Source: an uncultured Actinomycetes bacterium (GTDB lineage: Bacteria; Actinomycetota; Thermoleophilia; UBA2241). Taken from it: a DNA stretch of 64,000 nucleotides. The stretch's first letter is position 1. The number at the start of each line of letters is the position of its first letter. The notes under the pieces are model-generated. The model was not told the DNA's origin and did not search any database. It saw nothing but the letters and a program-made list of their open reading frames with translations. The position numbers and the translations under genes were made by a program. Below are positions 50,723 to 60,660 of the stretch, piece by piece. Location of the stretch: assembly GCA_963755025.1 (NCBI GenBank), contig CAVWIH010000027.1, positions 23,068 through 87,067 of the forward strand, read 5' to 3'.

Positions 50723-51140
50723 GTGAAGAGGTAAAACGCTTGATGGACTCGACATCAGAGTAAGCCAAGCCATCGCTTTGCGCTCGACTTGGGACGAGCA
50801 ACATCGAGCAACCTGCGGGAGAGCTCGGCTGGACTCTCGGTGGACGCGCATAGGTTTAGGAAACCTGCCGAAGGCGTGACGGGCGGTAGCTCACCGTGCG
50901 CGATTGTGCTGCACGATCTGGGTGTCTCAACAGACTGTGTGCTTACCCGTATTCCCCTGTCATCGGCCGTGAGTGAGCGTCTCGTCGGCAATCCGTCGGC
51001 ATTGGAGGATGCGGACGTGCGCCACTCGACCTGGCGCTGTAATGGCCGACTCCATCTCATTCACTTCAGGAAGCCTGCCGAAGGCAAAGGTTCTTCCACC
51101 GAGGTGGAGCCAGAGCGGTTGTTCGCAGGCCGATTCCCCG

Positions 51141-52406
51141 CTACCGGCGTTCCTTCGCAAGAGAGTCTAAGATCTCGGCGAGCTGACGTGTGAGCACGCG
51201 ACCGTCGAAACGGTGCACGACGGCCAGGTTAGGTGGCTTGAGGCGTCCACCGCGAACGTCCGCAACAAAGGCCGCCAGCGCCGGTCCAAGCGGCTCGTCG
51301 GGGGCAACGCAGCGTCCCGCGTCCGCCTCGTCTATCAGCTCGCGCGCAACCGAATCTCGCGGCGTCTGGGCAAACACAGGCCGCTCGCTTGCCAGGTATT
51401 CGAAGACCTTGCCGGTCATGGTCCCCCGCTGCAGACCGGTGATCAGCAGGAGTGCATCGGCAGCGCGCTGCACACCAAGGGCCCGAGCCCGCGGAGCGAA
51501 GGGCTCGATCAAGACCCGATCGGCGATGCCAAGTGCTGCGCAACGTGCGGTGATCTCGGATCCGCCCACGCCCAGAAAGAGGATGTGCACATCGTCGGGC
51601 AGCGCCGCAAAGGCGTCGAGAAACCTGTTGACCTGCTCGCTGCGACCGTAGACTCGGCCGGTATAGACGATCCAAAACCCACGGCCGAGATCGACCTCGT
51701 CGATCTCCTCCTCCGGGTCGTAGCCGTTGGGGATGACGGTCGTCATGGCGGCCTGGCCTGGGTGGAGGCGGCGCATCTCGTCGGCCATAGGCTCGTTTAT
51801 GACGGTCACGGCGCTTGCCTGCGACAGCGCCCGGCTCTCGAGCCATTCGTTCAGGGCCTTGTGCCATCGTGTCGGATAGTGGCGAAACTCGTAGGTGCGC
51901 CACGGGTCGCGGTAGTCCGCCACCCAGGGAATCCCGCTCTCTTTGGCAAGCTCGGCGGCCACGAGGTGTGCTGAGCCGCGAGGGTAGCTCGAGAAGATAG
52001 CGTCATAGCGTTGCTCGCGCAGCAGGCGCCGCCCCAAGAGCACCGCCGGTACGATCCAACTGACGTAGACGTCGGGTATCTGGAGCCACTCTTCGATGGC
52101 TCCACGCCGTGAGGTGCGGTGACGTTGTGAGGGAGCTGCCGCCGTCGTCGCTGTGCCGGCTACTGGCTGCCCGCGCTTCGGCCCGGCGACGCGCCGGGCC
52201 AGAGCGTAGAGGCGTTCCAAGTCGAGCGCGCCGGCGCGCTCGATCCTGACATCGGGGGGATCGGAGACCGGGCCTTGTGCACGCACGGTAAGCACCGTCG
52301 GCTGCCAGCCGCAGGCGGGCAGGTAACGCAGAAAGCGCAGATGACGCGCCGTGCCACCGCTTTCCGAGGGCGGGAACGGATTCGCGATGTAGAGGAGACG
52401 TTTCAT
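51141..52406 (-). CDS. Glycosyltransferase family 4
   Basis: FPPSESGGTAR, WVADYRDPW, IPNGYD, YTGRVY, GKVFEYLASERP. Confidence 0.9.
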   Translation of the reverse strand: MKRLLYIANPFPPSESGGTARHLRFLRYLPACGWQPTVLTVRAQGPVSDPPDVRIERAGALDLERLYALARRVAGPKRGQPVAGTATTAAAPSQRHRTSRRGAIEEWLQIPDVYVSWIVPAVLLGRRLLREQRYDAIFSSYPRGSAHLVAAELAKESGIPWVADYRDPWRTYEFRHYPTRWHKALNEWLESRALSQASAVTVINEPMADEMRRLHPGQAAMTTVIPNGYDPEEEIDEVDLGRGFWIVYTGRVYGRSEQVNRFLDAFAALPDDVHILFLGVGGSEITARCAALGIADRVLIEPFAPRARALGVQRAADALLLITGLQRGTMTGKVFEYLASERPVFAQTPRDSVARELIDEADAGRCVAPDEPLGPALAAFVADVRGGRLKPPNLAVVHRFDGRVLTRQLAEILDSLAKERR

Positions 52407-52559
52407 ATGTAGCTCAGGAGAAGCTCAGGGCTGAGTCGATTGAGGCGAAGTCACGGTCCTCGCTCTTCGCAGTACAGGCCGAACTCAAGCAGCTATCCTA
52501 ACGCACATGAACCACCCGAGTCGTCGATGTGAGCCACCGGAGGGGACGGAGGCCGCGCT

Positions 52560-52700
52560 GCATGATCTCGCCCGCGCCGACGGAGATGACGAAATGAGTC
52601 TCGAGGCGATCAGCTCAACGAGGTTGAGTGAGTCGAGCAGACCGTCGCGAAATCGGGCCGTATCCTGCTCGATGGGCTTCCCCGGGCCGTGTGATGAAAG
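52560..52700 (-). pseudogene. Decayed acyl carrier protein copy
   Basis: PIEQDTARFRDGLLDSLNLVELIA/(frameshift)LETHFVISVGAGEIM aligns with the intact ACP at 54584-54859. Confidence 0.6.
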
Positions 52701-53099
52701 TGCACGACCGCTGATGCGTGGCTCTCCAGTTACACAGAGGACGCTCGTCGTGTCGCTGTTCGTGCCGGTCTGAGCGCCAGAGCTGGTGCCGACTTTCGGC
52801 TCGGAAGGGTCCGCGAACCTCTGCCCGTCCACCATTGGCCCATGGAGGGCATCGGCTGAGCATATCGGTGGCTCAGCCCCCCTTCGGGGAGCCAGTGGCC
52901 CAGATGCCGCTTCACCGGTCTGCACAATCATCGCCTGGGACCCCGCCCAGGGCCGCGACGTGGCGGTGGACCAGAGGGGTCGCGCGGCTTCGGGCGCCGG
53001 CGCCGAGTCTGTGTCGAGCCTGCAGGACAGACTCGCAGCCAGCTTCACTCCCCGCAGACTGCGCGCTGCCAGATGCGAGCGCCCTCTGTCTCTGCGCGC

Positions 53100-54390
53100 C
53101 TACACCGACGGAATGCCGAGCGCGAAGTTGCGCGTGAGCCAGAGCATGCCCACAAACGAGCAGGCGATGAGCGCCCAGGCCAGCACCGGCCGCTTCCGCG
53201 TGGCGTAGGCGAGGGCCATGAACAGCGGGAAGATCACCAGGGCGAAGCGTGGGAACGAGTACAGCGCGTGCAGCGGCGTCGGAAAGCAGAGCGGCACGAG
53301 CAGGCTCACCACGGCGAACATCGTGTAGGCCGGCGCGAGACGGCGCCAGCCGGCCACCACGCAGGCGCCGGCAAAGAGCAGCGTGGCAAAGCCGAAGAGC
53401 GCCAGGATGGGGTCGTGCCCGCCCGGCCTCGGCAGGAGCAGCGGCCGCAGGCCGCCCCGGTGGGCTCGCAGCGTGTGGTAGGCGGCGATCGCGGCCCGAT
53501 AGCCGTGGACTATGTCGGCCGTGGGCAGCGCCAGCGCGCGTCCCCAGAAGGTGCGCTCGGCCACCGAGAAGGCCAGGGGATCGCCCAGGCGCCACCACAG
53601 GTAGGCCATGTAAGCGAGCAGGCCGACCGGAATGAGCGCAAGCCAGCCCAGGCGCAGGTCACGGGGCCAACGCAGCGAGACGCTGCGCCAACTCCACCCC
53701 TGCTGCCGTCCGTAGAGGAGCAGGAGCGCCGGCAGGAGCGCCAGGCCGCTGCTGCGCGTGGCCACCGCCAGCATGCCGGCGACCCCCGCCGCCGCCCAGC
53801 TGCCGCGGCGCGCAAAGATTAAGGCGGCCACGGTGAGCAGCAGGAACAGCGACTCGCTGTAGACCAGGCCAAAGCAGAGCGCGGTGGGAAAGACCGAGAT
53901 GAAGGCCACGGCCAGCGCGGCGGTGTGCGTGTCGAACTCGGCGGCCGTGAGGCGGTAGAGCAGCACCATGGCCGCCGCGTAGCAGGCAAGCGACAGCAGC
54001 ACGCCGGCCAGCGGGTAGTCGCCGCCGGTCACCACGGCCGCCCCGCGTAGCGCCACCGGATAGAGGGGAAAGAACGCCGCGCTGTGCGGGCGCCAGTAGC
54101 CGCCGCGCGCGATGGCGATGAACCAGCCGCCGTCTTTGGTGGCCGACTCCCGCGTGAGCCGCGACACAAAGCTCCAGTGCAACGGCGCGCCGCCCACGCG
54201 ACGCCGCCCCGTGACCACATAGCCCACGACCAGCACCGCCAGTCGGCTGGCGAGCGCCACCGCCAGGGCCACGCCCCAGCCGGGCAGGCCCAGGGCCCGC
54301 CCATGGCGCTGCGAGCCCGAAGAGCGGCGTCGCCCCGGCCGACCGCGACGCAGCTGGAGCCGAAGCTCGGCGATACGCGTCCACGGACAT
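53100..54390 (-). CDS. PIG-V-like GT-C mannosyltransferase; start uncertain, probable 5' indel
   Basis: DGGWFIAIARGGY, AFFPLYP, FPTA, YSESLF, TRSSG, GDPLAF, SFPRF. Confidence 0.85.
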
Positions 54391-54583
54391 GTCTCCCATT
54401 CTGTCACGCGCGACCAGACGCAACCACCAGGGCGGAGAAGGATCGACTCTCGAGAGTCCCGATTCACGCACGCTAGGGCGCTGTATACGTAGGAGTCGGG
54501 ATGGGCGACCGGGTTCTTCTACGACGGAGGCAGGCCGCCAGCAGCGTCCGAGCCGTCTGCCGAACGCGACAACTCTTCGACGG

Positions 54584-54859
54584 TCAGGCCGATGGGATGA
54601 TAGCCCGCTTGCGCGCGACGAAGGCCACGATGTGCTGAACGCTGTCGAGATTCTCAAAGACGACGTCGGCACTGCTGATCGCGATGGCGAACCGGGCCTC
54701 GAGGAACGTGATGAGGCTCAGCAAGTTCATCGAATCGAGAAGCCCGCTGCGAAACAACGGGGTATCGACTTCGATATGATCGTCCGGCACGTCGTCGAGC
54801 TCGTCGCGGATGAACTGGAGGATCGTGTCAGTTTCGCTTGTGTCGAAGAAGTCTTTCAT
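54584..54859 (-). CDS. Acyl carrier protein (DltC-like)
   Basis: DTPLFRSGLLDSMNLLSLITFLEARFAI...ENLDSV with the phosphopantetheine Ser. Confidence 0.85.
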   Translation of the reverse strand: MKDFFDTSETDTILQFIRDELDDVPDDHIEVDTPLFRSGLLDSMNLLSLITFLEARFAIAISSADVVFENLDSVQHIVAFVARKRAIIPSA

Positions 54860-55084
54860 CTTGTCAAAGGAGCCTGCGACACACAGCACACCTGTCCCAG
54901 CTGGCCCCCGGGACGGCAACCCGCCGCTGGCTGGCTTGGCACCACAGTCCCCTGTACGAGATGACCGACATGGTCCCTCCGCCGTCTGCCGGTGGCACAG
55001 TGTTGCGCCATGCTACCACGCCTGGCACGAGCATCGGGCGCATGCGCTCCCCCTGCATGTCCGCCCGCTTGCGTCTGTCGTACC

Positions 55085-55207
55085 GTTGTCGACCGGGCGG
55101 TCCTGTCGAGCCGTAACCCCGACGACCTGCCGGCGTTCTGCGCGCAGATGATCCGGCTGTTCGCCCTTGGCCGCAAGCAGAGCGAGCGCGCCAACCTGGC
55201 GGCCTAG
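55085..55207 (+). pseudogene. C-terminal remnant of a PfpI/DJ-1 family gene
   Basis: VVDRAVLSSRNPDDLPAFCAQMIRLFA matches the PfpI C-terminal VVDxxLxTSRxPDDLPAF pattern. Confidence 0.6.
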
Positions 55208-55225
55208 CTTCCTAGCGCAGCGGGG

Positions 55226-56956
55226 TCACTCGGCCGGCGCCGTCGCGAGGTCGTCGGTCGCCCCGGCGTCGGCTTCGTCGGCCGGCGCCGCGCCCGGCAG
55301 GGCGGTGGTCACCGCCGGCAGCCCGCCCGGCGCCAGACGCGTGGCAGTGACCGACGCCAGCGCCATGAACACCCACATGTAGGGGTCTTCGAAGAAGGCG
55401 TTGTACGTGAGGCTGTGGATGAACAGGGCGAGCACGCAGGCGACGAGCGCGGCCTGCCAGAGATAGAGCCGCCGGTCGGCGCCGAAGCGGCGTTTGCGCA
55501 GGGTGGTGGCGAAGAAGGTCACGAGCAGGCCGGCGAAGGCGATCAGGCCGAGCGATCCCTGTTCGGCGGCCACCGTCACCACCGTCGTGTGACTGTCGCG
55601 CAGCGACAGGCTGGCCGCATGCGTCAGGCGGAAGTGGGGGTAGGCCAGCGGAAAGCCGCCCAGGCCGACGCCGCCCACCGGGTAGCGTTCGTACATGAGG
55701 ATGCCGGCGCGCACCAGGTAGAAGCGTCCGCCGGTGAGCTTGTTCCAGCCCCTCGTGCTGTCGAGCTTGGCGCCCAGGTTCTGGGGATGGCGCAGGGCGG
55801 TGACGCCGGCGACGCCGATCAGCAGGATGAGCACCGTGACGAGCGCCGCGATGGTGCCCCTGCGCCGGCCGAGCCAGGCCATCTCGAGGATGACGCCGCC
55901 CAGCAGCAGGCCCGCCACGCTCGAGCGCGAGAACGTCACGATGAAAGCGATCGCGGCGAGCGCGACCGCACCGGCCGCGAGGGTCATGGCGCGCCGGCGC
56001 CCTGCGGATGCGTCGCGCAGGCGCGCCGTCAGGAACAGGGCCACCCCGATGAGCATGACGAAGGCCAGGAAGCGGCCGAAGATGTTGGGGTCCCAGAACA
56101 GCGAGTTCGAGCGGAACGTGTGCTGATAGACGAGGTCGTGCTCGATGCCGGCGCGGTTCACGATGACCCAGCGCGTCGGGTACTGCACGATGCCGATCGC
56201 CGCGAGCACCGCGCCGGCGGCGACGAAGGTGACCAGCAAGCGCGACAGCCGGCGGACGTCGGTCGTGTAGCGGTAGAGCACGTAGTAGAGCGCGGCGAAC
56301 GGCAGGTAGAAGGCAAAGAGCTTGATGAGCGCGTCGGCGAAGGCCTTGGGGTGGGCGGCGTAGTGCTGCGCCGCCCAGAGCGACGAGACGCCGATGATGG
56401 CGATCATGACCGCGAGGGCAATGCGCACCGGGTCGGGCCGCCAGTCGTCGGGCAGGCGCAGCCGGTCGCGCACGACCATCTCGGCGAGCACGACGGCCAG
56501 CAGGACGAGGTACAGCGGGATGAGGAGGTTGCTGGTGCTCGAACCGTGGGGCAGTCCCACGCGCAGCGGCGCCAGCACCAGCACGACCGGCATGGCCCAG
56601 TCGGGGTAGCGGAAGGCAAGCCAGGCGAGCGCGGCGACGAACACCGCCACCCCGGCCCCGGCGACACCCAGCAGGGGCAGGTGGTGAGTCAGCCGGGCGG
56701 CCGTGCCCCCCGTGGAGCGCAGGGCGCCCAGCGAGAAGCCGACGAGCAGCACGGTGAAGACGACCAGGCCGACGAAGATGAGGCGCCGCGCGAGCGCGCC
56801 GCGAGGGATCCCGACGAAGAGACTGAGGAAGGTGGCGAGCAGGCCGAGCAGGCTCAGCCTGGCGAGAAGGAGGCTGGACAGGGCGGACCTACCGTGACGC
56901 CGGCGCCGCCGAAGGAGCCGCGAAGGGCAAGACACGGGATGAAGGGACCGCAACAC
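55226..56956 (-). CDS. O-antigen ligase/Wzy_C family membrane protein; start uncertain
   Basis: Many TMs; RSNSLFWDPNIFG, TFSRS, PVGGVGLGGF, SHTTVVTVAAEQG; TGcTATAAT at 57133-57141 (-). Confidence 0.82.
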   Translation of the reverse strand: MLRSLHPVSCPSRLLRRRRRHGRSALSSLLLARLSLLGLLATFLSLFVGIPRGALARRLIFVGLVVFTVLLVGFSLGALRSTGGTAARLTHHLPLLGVAGAGVAVFVAALAWLAFRYPDWAMPVVLVLAPLRVGLPHGSSTSNLLIPLYLVLLAVVLAEMVVRDRLRLPDDWRPDPVRIALAVMIAIIGVSSLWAAQHYAAHPKAFADALIKLFAFYLPFAALYYVLYRYTTDVRRLSRLLVTFVAAGAVLAAIGIVQYPTRWVIVNRAGIEHDLVYQHTFRSNSLFWDPNIFGRFLAFVMLIGVALFLTARLRDASAGRRRAMTLAAGAVALAAIAFIVTFSRSSVAGLLLGGVILEMAWLGRRRGTIAALVTVLILLIGVAGVTALRHPQNLGAKLDSTRGWNKLTGGRFYLVRAGILMYERYPVGGVGLGGFPLAYPHFRLTHAASLSLRDSHTTVVTVAAEQGSLGLIAFAGLLVTFFATTLRKRRFGADRRLYLWQAALVACVLALFIHSLTYNAFFEDPYMWVFMALASVTATRLAPGGLPAVTTALPGAAPADEADAGATDDLATAPAE

Positions 56957-57320
56957 GTGGTCGCAGAAGGCAGTGACAGTGGGGGCTTCGTTCGCGAGCG
57001 CCGTGCGATCTGTGCGTCTTTTTGACTCGGCTCATAGAGGCCTCTTATGAGATCGTGAGAAGTGCGCACCCAAAACGCCACGCGCCTAGAACAGCTGGCG
57101 CCGGGCTGAGAGTGCCATCGATGAGAAACGGCATTATAGCAACCAATGTGATCGCCCGTGGGACATAGTTAGACAGGACCAAAGCGTCGCCCAAGTGCGT
57201 GTAGCGGTGGGGTTGCACGTTCCCCGCGTTGCGATTCTGAGCCGAGGCAGCCTTCACGGGAGATGCGCCGGGGCACAGAGGTTGCCTGGGGAGCTGGACG
57301 CACGTAACCTTCGGTGATGC

Positions 57321-58094
57321 ATGCCCGCAGTGAGCAGCAACGACAGGCTAGGAAGGAGCCGACGTCGGGCCAAGCGCCGACGCATGGTGGCCATCTCAGT
57401 GGTCGTGTCCATCGTATTCGGTGCCATTTGGATCGCATACGCTTGGCCGTCGTCCGCACCGGCCCTTGTGCCTGTCCCCAACGTCGTGTCGCAATTCGAT
57501 CAGGCCAAAGCAATCAACCAGCGCATCGTAGTCGCCCGACTCGACGGCATCGACTTGCTCCTGCCGATTGACCTGGATGCGACGACGGCAGTTGCCTTTC
57601 ATCCGGTGGATCAGACAAACAGCGTCGCTTTGACGCCTGTCGGTCGGCAAGGCGACCCCTCGGGGATCAGCGGGACTCTGGCCGACATTTTCGCTAGCGG
57701 CTCCATGCGCTACTTCACTATGGCGGCGGCGATGGCCATGACAGCTCAGCGCCGACCGCCGGACTCGACGTGGGCGCAGTGCCTGGTGCGACTATCTATG
57801 CCCCAGCCAACGGTCAGGTGGTCGCCGTCACCGACTACCAGCTATTGGGCCGCTACGCCGACACCGAGATCGACATCCAGCTCGCTGACGATCCGAGCAT
57901 TGTCCTGACGGTCACTCACGTCGAGGATCCACGGGTATCGATCGGCGATGCGGTGACCGCCGGCCAGACCGTGCTGGAGGCGTGCGGGGCTTCCCGCCCG
58001 ATCTTCACCAGGAGCTGCAGCAGTTCACGAGACGACAACGGTGACCATGCTCAAATAGTCGCAGAGCAGGTCCCACGCCGATCTCGGGGTCATG
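57321..58094 (+). CDS. Membrane-anchored M23-like protein, multiple frameshifts; end approximate
   Basis: TM, AVAFHP, then GLDVGAVPGATIYAPANGQVVAV, THV, VSIGDAVTAGQT; indels near 57722, 57977 and 58030. Confidence 0.6.
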
Positions 58095-58456
58095 AACCTA
58101 AGCCGCAACCATGCGGCGAGTCGGCTCAAGCAGGCCGCCGAGGGCAGACTCGGGACGGACGAAGGCTGCTACGGAGCGCGGGCCTCTTTTGCTTGCTTGG
58201 CCTGCATAGGCGTGCTGGTGCGGAGCTCTTGGCTGCCGGCCGAGCGTGGGTAGTTCGATTACCGGACCCGCAGCCGCGAATTCAACTGGGACCTTAGGGT
58301 CTACTACCCGGCCGGGCACACCTGGGACCCTGGGATGGGGTGCGCTAAGCCCTTAATCGCCGTAAACGATGGCCCTCAGCCACTTAGGTTCGTGCGCAAC
58401 CCAGCTTCCGCACCGTTCGGCTCATCTCCACGGACGACCGGTCGCGCCCTCCTCGT

Positions 58457-60265
58457 CTACACGTAGATCTGAAAGTCGAACAGCTTGCGGTAGGCGCCCT
58501 CGGCTTCGAGTAGTTCGTCGTGCGTGCCGCGCTCCTCGATCACGCCGCGGTTGAGCACGACGATCTGGTCGGAGTGCTGCACGGTCGAGAGGCGATGAGC
58601 GATCACGATCAGCGTCTTGCGGTGACGCACGCCGTCGAGGGCCTGCTGGATGTACTGCTCCGACTCCGAGTCGAGGGCGCTGGTGGGCTCGTCGAGAATG
58701 AGGATCTCGGGGTCCTGGAGAAAGACGCGGGCAAGCGCAAGGCGTTGACGCTCGCCGCCCGAGAGCCGCACCCCACGGTCGCCGACGTTGGTGTCGAGGC
58801 CGTTGGGCAGCTTGCCCACGAAGCTGGCGCAGAAGCTGGACTCGAGGGCCTCGGCGATCTCGTCGGCGCCGGGCTCGCGCTCGAGCCCGTAGACAAGGTT
58901 GTTGTAGATGCTGTCGTTGAACAGCAGGGCGTCCTGGGTCGTGAAGCCGATGGAGCGACGCAAGCTGCGCAGTTCGAAGTCCTGCACGGGGCGGCCGTCG
59001 AACAAGATGCGGCCCTCGTTGGCGTCGCGCAGGCGCGGGATCAGGTCGACCAGGGTCGACTTGCCCGAGCCCGACCTGCCGACGATGGCCGTCTGCGAGC
59101 GGCAGGGGATCTCGAGGTCGACGCCGCGCAGGACGAGCTCACCGGTCTCGTCGCCGTAAGCGAAGCTCACGCGCTCGAGGCGGATGCCGTCGTGCAGGCC
59201 GGCGAAGGGGGCGTCGCCGCCCACGATGCGCCGCGAGGCGTTGGCGCGGTCGAACGTGTCGCGCACGAGATGGAGGCTGTCGATGTTGGCGACGAGGGAC
59301 TGGCGACCGTTGTTGAAGGCCTTCGAGTTGTTGTTGAGCTGCAGCAGGATGAACAGGAAGATGCCGATCGTCGCGAGGCTGGCGTGCAGCCACTGCACGC
59401 CCACGAAGATCACGGCGAACAGCATGAGCGTCTGCAGAGGATCGATGGTGATCTCGACGATGCCGCCCAGCACCGAGATGCGCCGCTGGGCGTCGCCGAA
59501 GCGCGTCGCGACCTCGGTGACATTGGCGGTCTCCCGGTCTTCCTGGCCCAGCATCTTGATCAGGCGCAAGGCGGCGATGCGCTCCGAGATCACCGAGTAG
59601 GTCTCGTTGTTCAGCTCGGCGGTGCTGCAGCCCAGCGCTCGCGAGCGCTTGATGTTGTTGTTGACCAGCAGCGAGATCAGCACGAGCGCGACGATCGTGA
59701 TGAGCGTGAGCTTGACCTGCAGCGCGAGCATCACGGCCACGTACATCACGATCAGCAGGCCGACTGAGATCTGCTGCATGAACTGGGTGATGGCGCTGCC
59801 GCCGCGCTGCACCTGGGCGGTGAGCGTGCTCAGCAGGTTGCTGTTGCCTTCGCCCACGGCGAAGGCGAGGTCGCCGTGGATGACGGCGGCGAACCCTGCA
59901 GTGCGCAGGCGTACCATCGCCCGCTGCTGGACGGCCGACATGTAGGACACGTAGGCGAGGTACACGATCTCGCGCAAGATGATAGGCACGAAGGCGATGA
60001 TCAGGATGTTCAGCAGCGTCAGCGGCAGCCCGAGCGCGGTGAGCGCCTTGTCGAGCAGCGTCGAGAAGATGTTGCCGCCCTTGTGGCTGCTGCCGAACTC
60101 GATGAACTGCAGCACCGGCGACAGCATGCCGACCGCCAGCGATTGCGTGATCGCCAGGAAGAACGACAGCAGGACGAGCAGGCCGACCTCTCTGCGGCGC
60201 ACGGAGAGGATGTCGAACAACTCACGGCCGGCCAGCAGCCAGCGGTTCTTGTGTGGTGCGGTCAC
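58457..60265 (-). CDS. MsbA/PglK-like ABC exporter (fused TMD-NBD)
   Basis: GRSGSGKST, LSGGERQR, DEPTSALD, IAHRLST; GAGGAG RBS before GTG 60265. Confidence 0.92.
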   Translation of the reverse strand: MTAPHKNRWLLAGRELFDILSVRRREVGLLVLLSFFLAITQSLAVGMLSPVLQFIEFGSSHKGGNIFSTLLDKALTALGLPLTLLNILIIAFVPIILREIVYLAYVSYMSAVQQRAMVRLRTAGFAAVIHGDLAFAVGEGNSNLLSTLTAQVQRGGSAITQFMQQISVGLLIVMYVAVMLALQVKLTLITIVALVLISLLVNNNIKRSRALGCSTAELNNETYSVISERIAALRLIKMLGQEDRETANVTEVATRFGDAQRRISVLGGIVEITIDPLQTLMLFAVIFVGVQWLHASLATIGIFLFILLQLNNNSKAFNNGRQSLVANIDSLHLVRDTFDRANASRRIVGGDAPFAGLHDGIRLERVSFAYGDETGELVLRGVDLEIPCRSQTAIVGRSGSGKSTLVDLIPRLRDANEGRILFDGRPVQDFELRSLRRSIGFTTQDALLFNDSIYNNLVYGLEREPGADEIAEALESSFCASFVGKLPNGLDTNVGDRGVRLSGGERQRLALARVFLQDPEILILDEPTSALDSESEQYIQQALDGVRHRKTLIVIAHRLSTVQHSDQIVVLNRGVIEERGTHDELLEAEGAYRKLFDFQIYV

Positions 60266-60660
60266 CGATCTCCTCGGCCGCTTCACACATTGACTTGCAA
60301 CGCGACTGTGATTGCGGCGCCCCGGACTGTCCAATATTCGGGCGGCGCGTACGTGGTCACTCAGCAAGCCACTCTTGACAAGTCGCGGGCAGCCCTCGAG
60401 AAATCTGTCGTGCGACATCCCCACGCACACAGCGCCAGTCGGCCCAGGCCGCGCCTGGCGATGAATACCGGCAAGGCATTCAAGGTGTCCCGCAGTCTAG
60501 CACGCGCTATTTGCGGATGCGGCACTGCATTGGCGGGAACCCATTCGTTGGTCCACCTCCTATGTTAGTGCAGGAGCCACCTCCGTTGGCGCCGGTGGTG
60601 CGAGGTCGGCCAGCCTGAACGTGGTGAGCCTGAAGCTCGGAAGGCTGGGCCACGACTCGG

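Noticed and set aside
50882-50893. ops/JUMPstart element GGCGGTAGC
   Set aside because: Wrong strand relative to the glycan genes, imperfect match, and RfaH/ops is not expected in this lineage.
50815-51090. Tandem glycine riboswitch (GCGGGAGAG...GCCGAAGG twice)
   Set aside because: Lacks the CTCTCAGG motifs and has no downstream plus-strand gene.
60495-60562. Micro-ORF MGSRQCSAASANSAC behind a perfect AGGAGGTG on the minus strand
   Set aside because: 15 codons with no further support; could be chance or debris.
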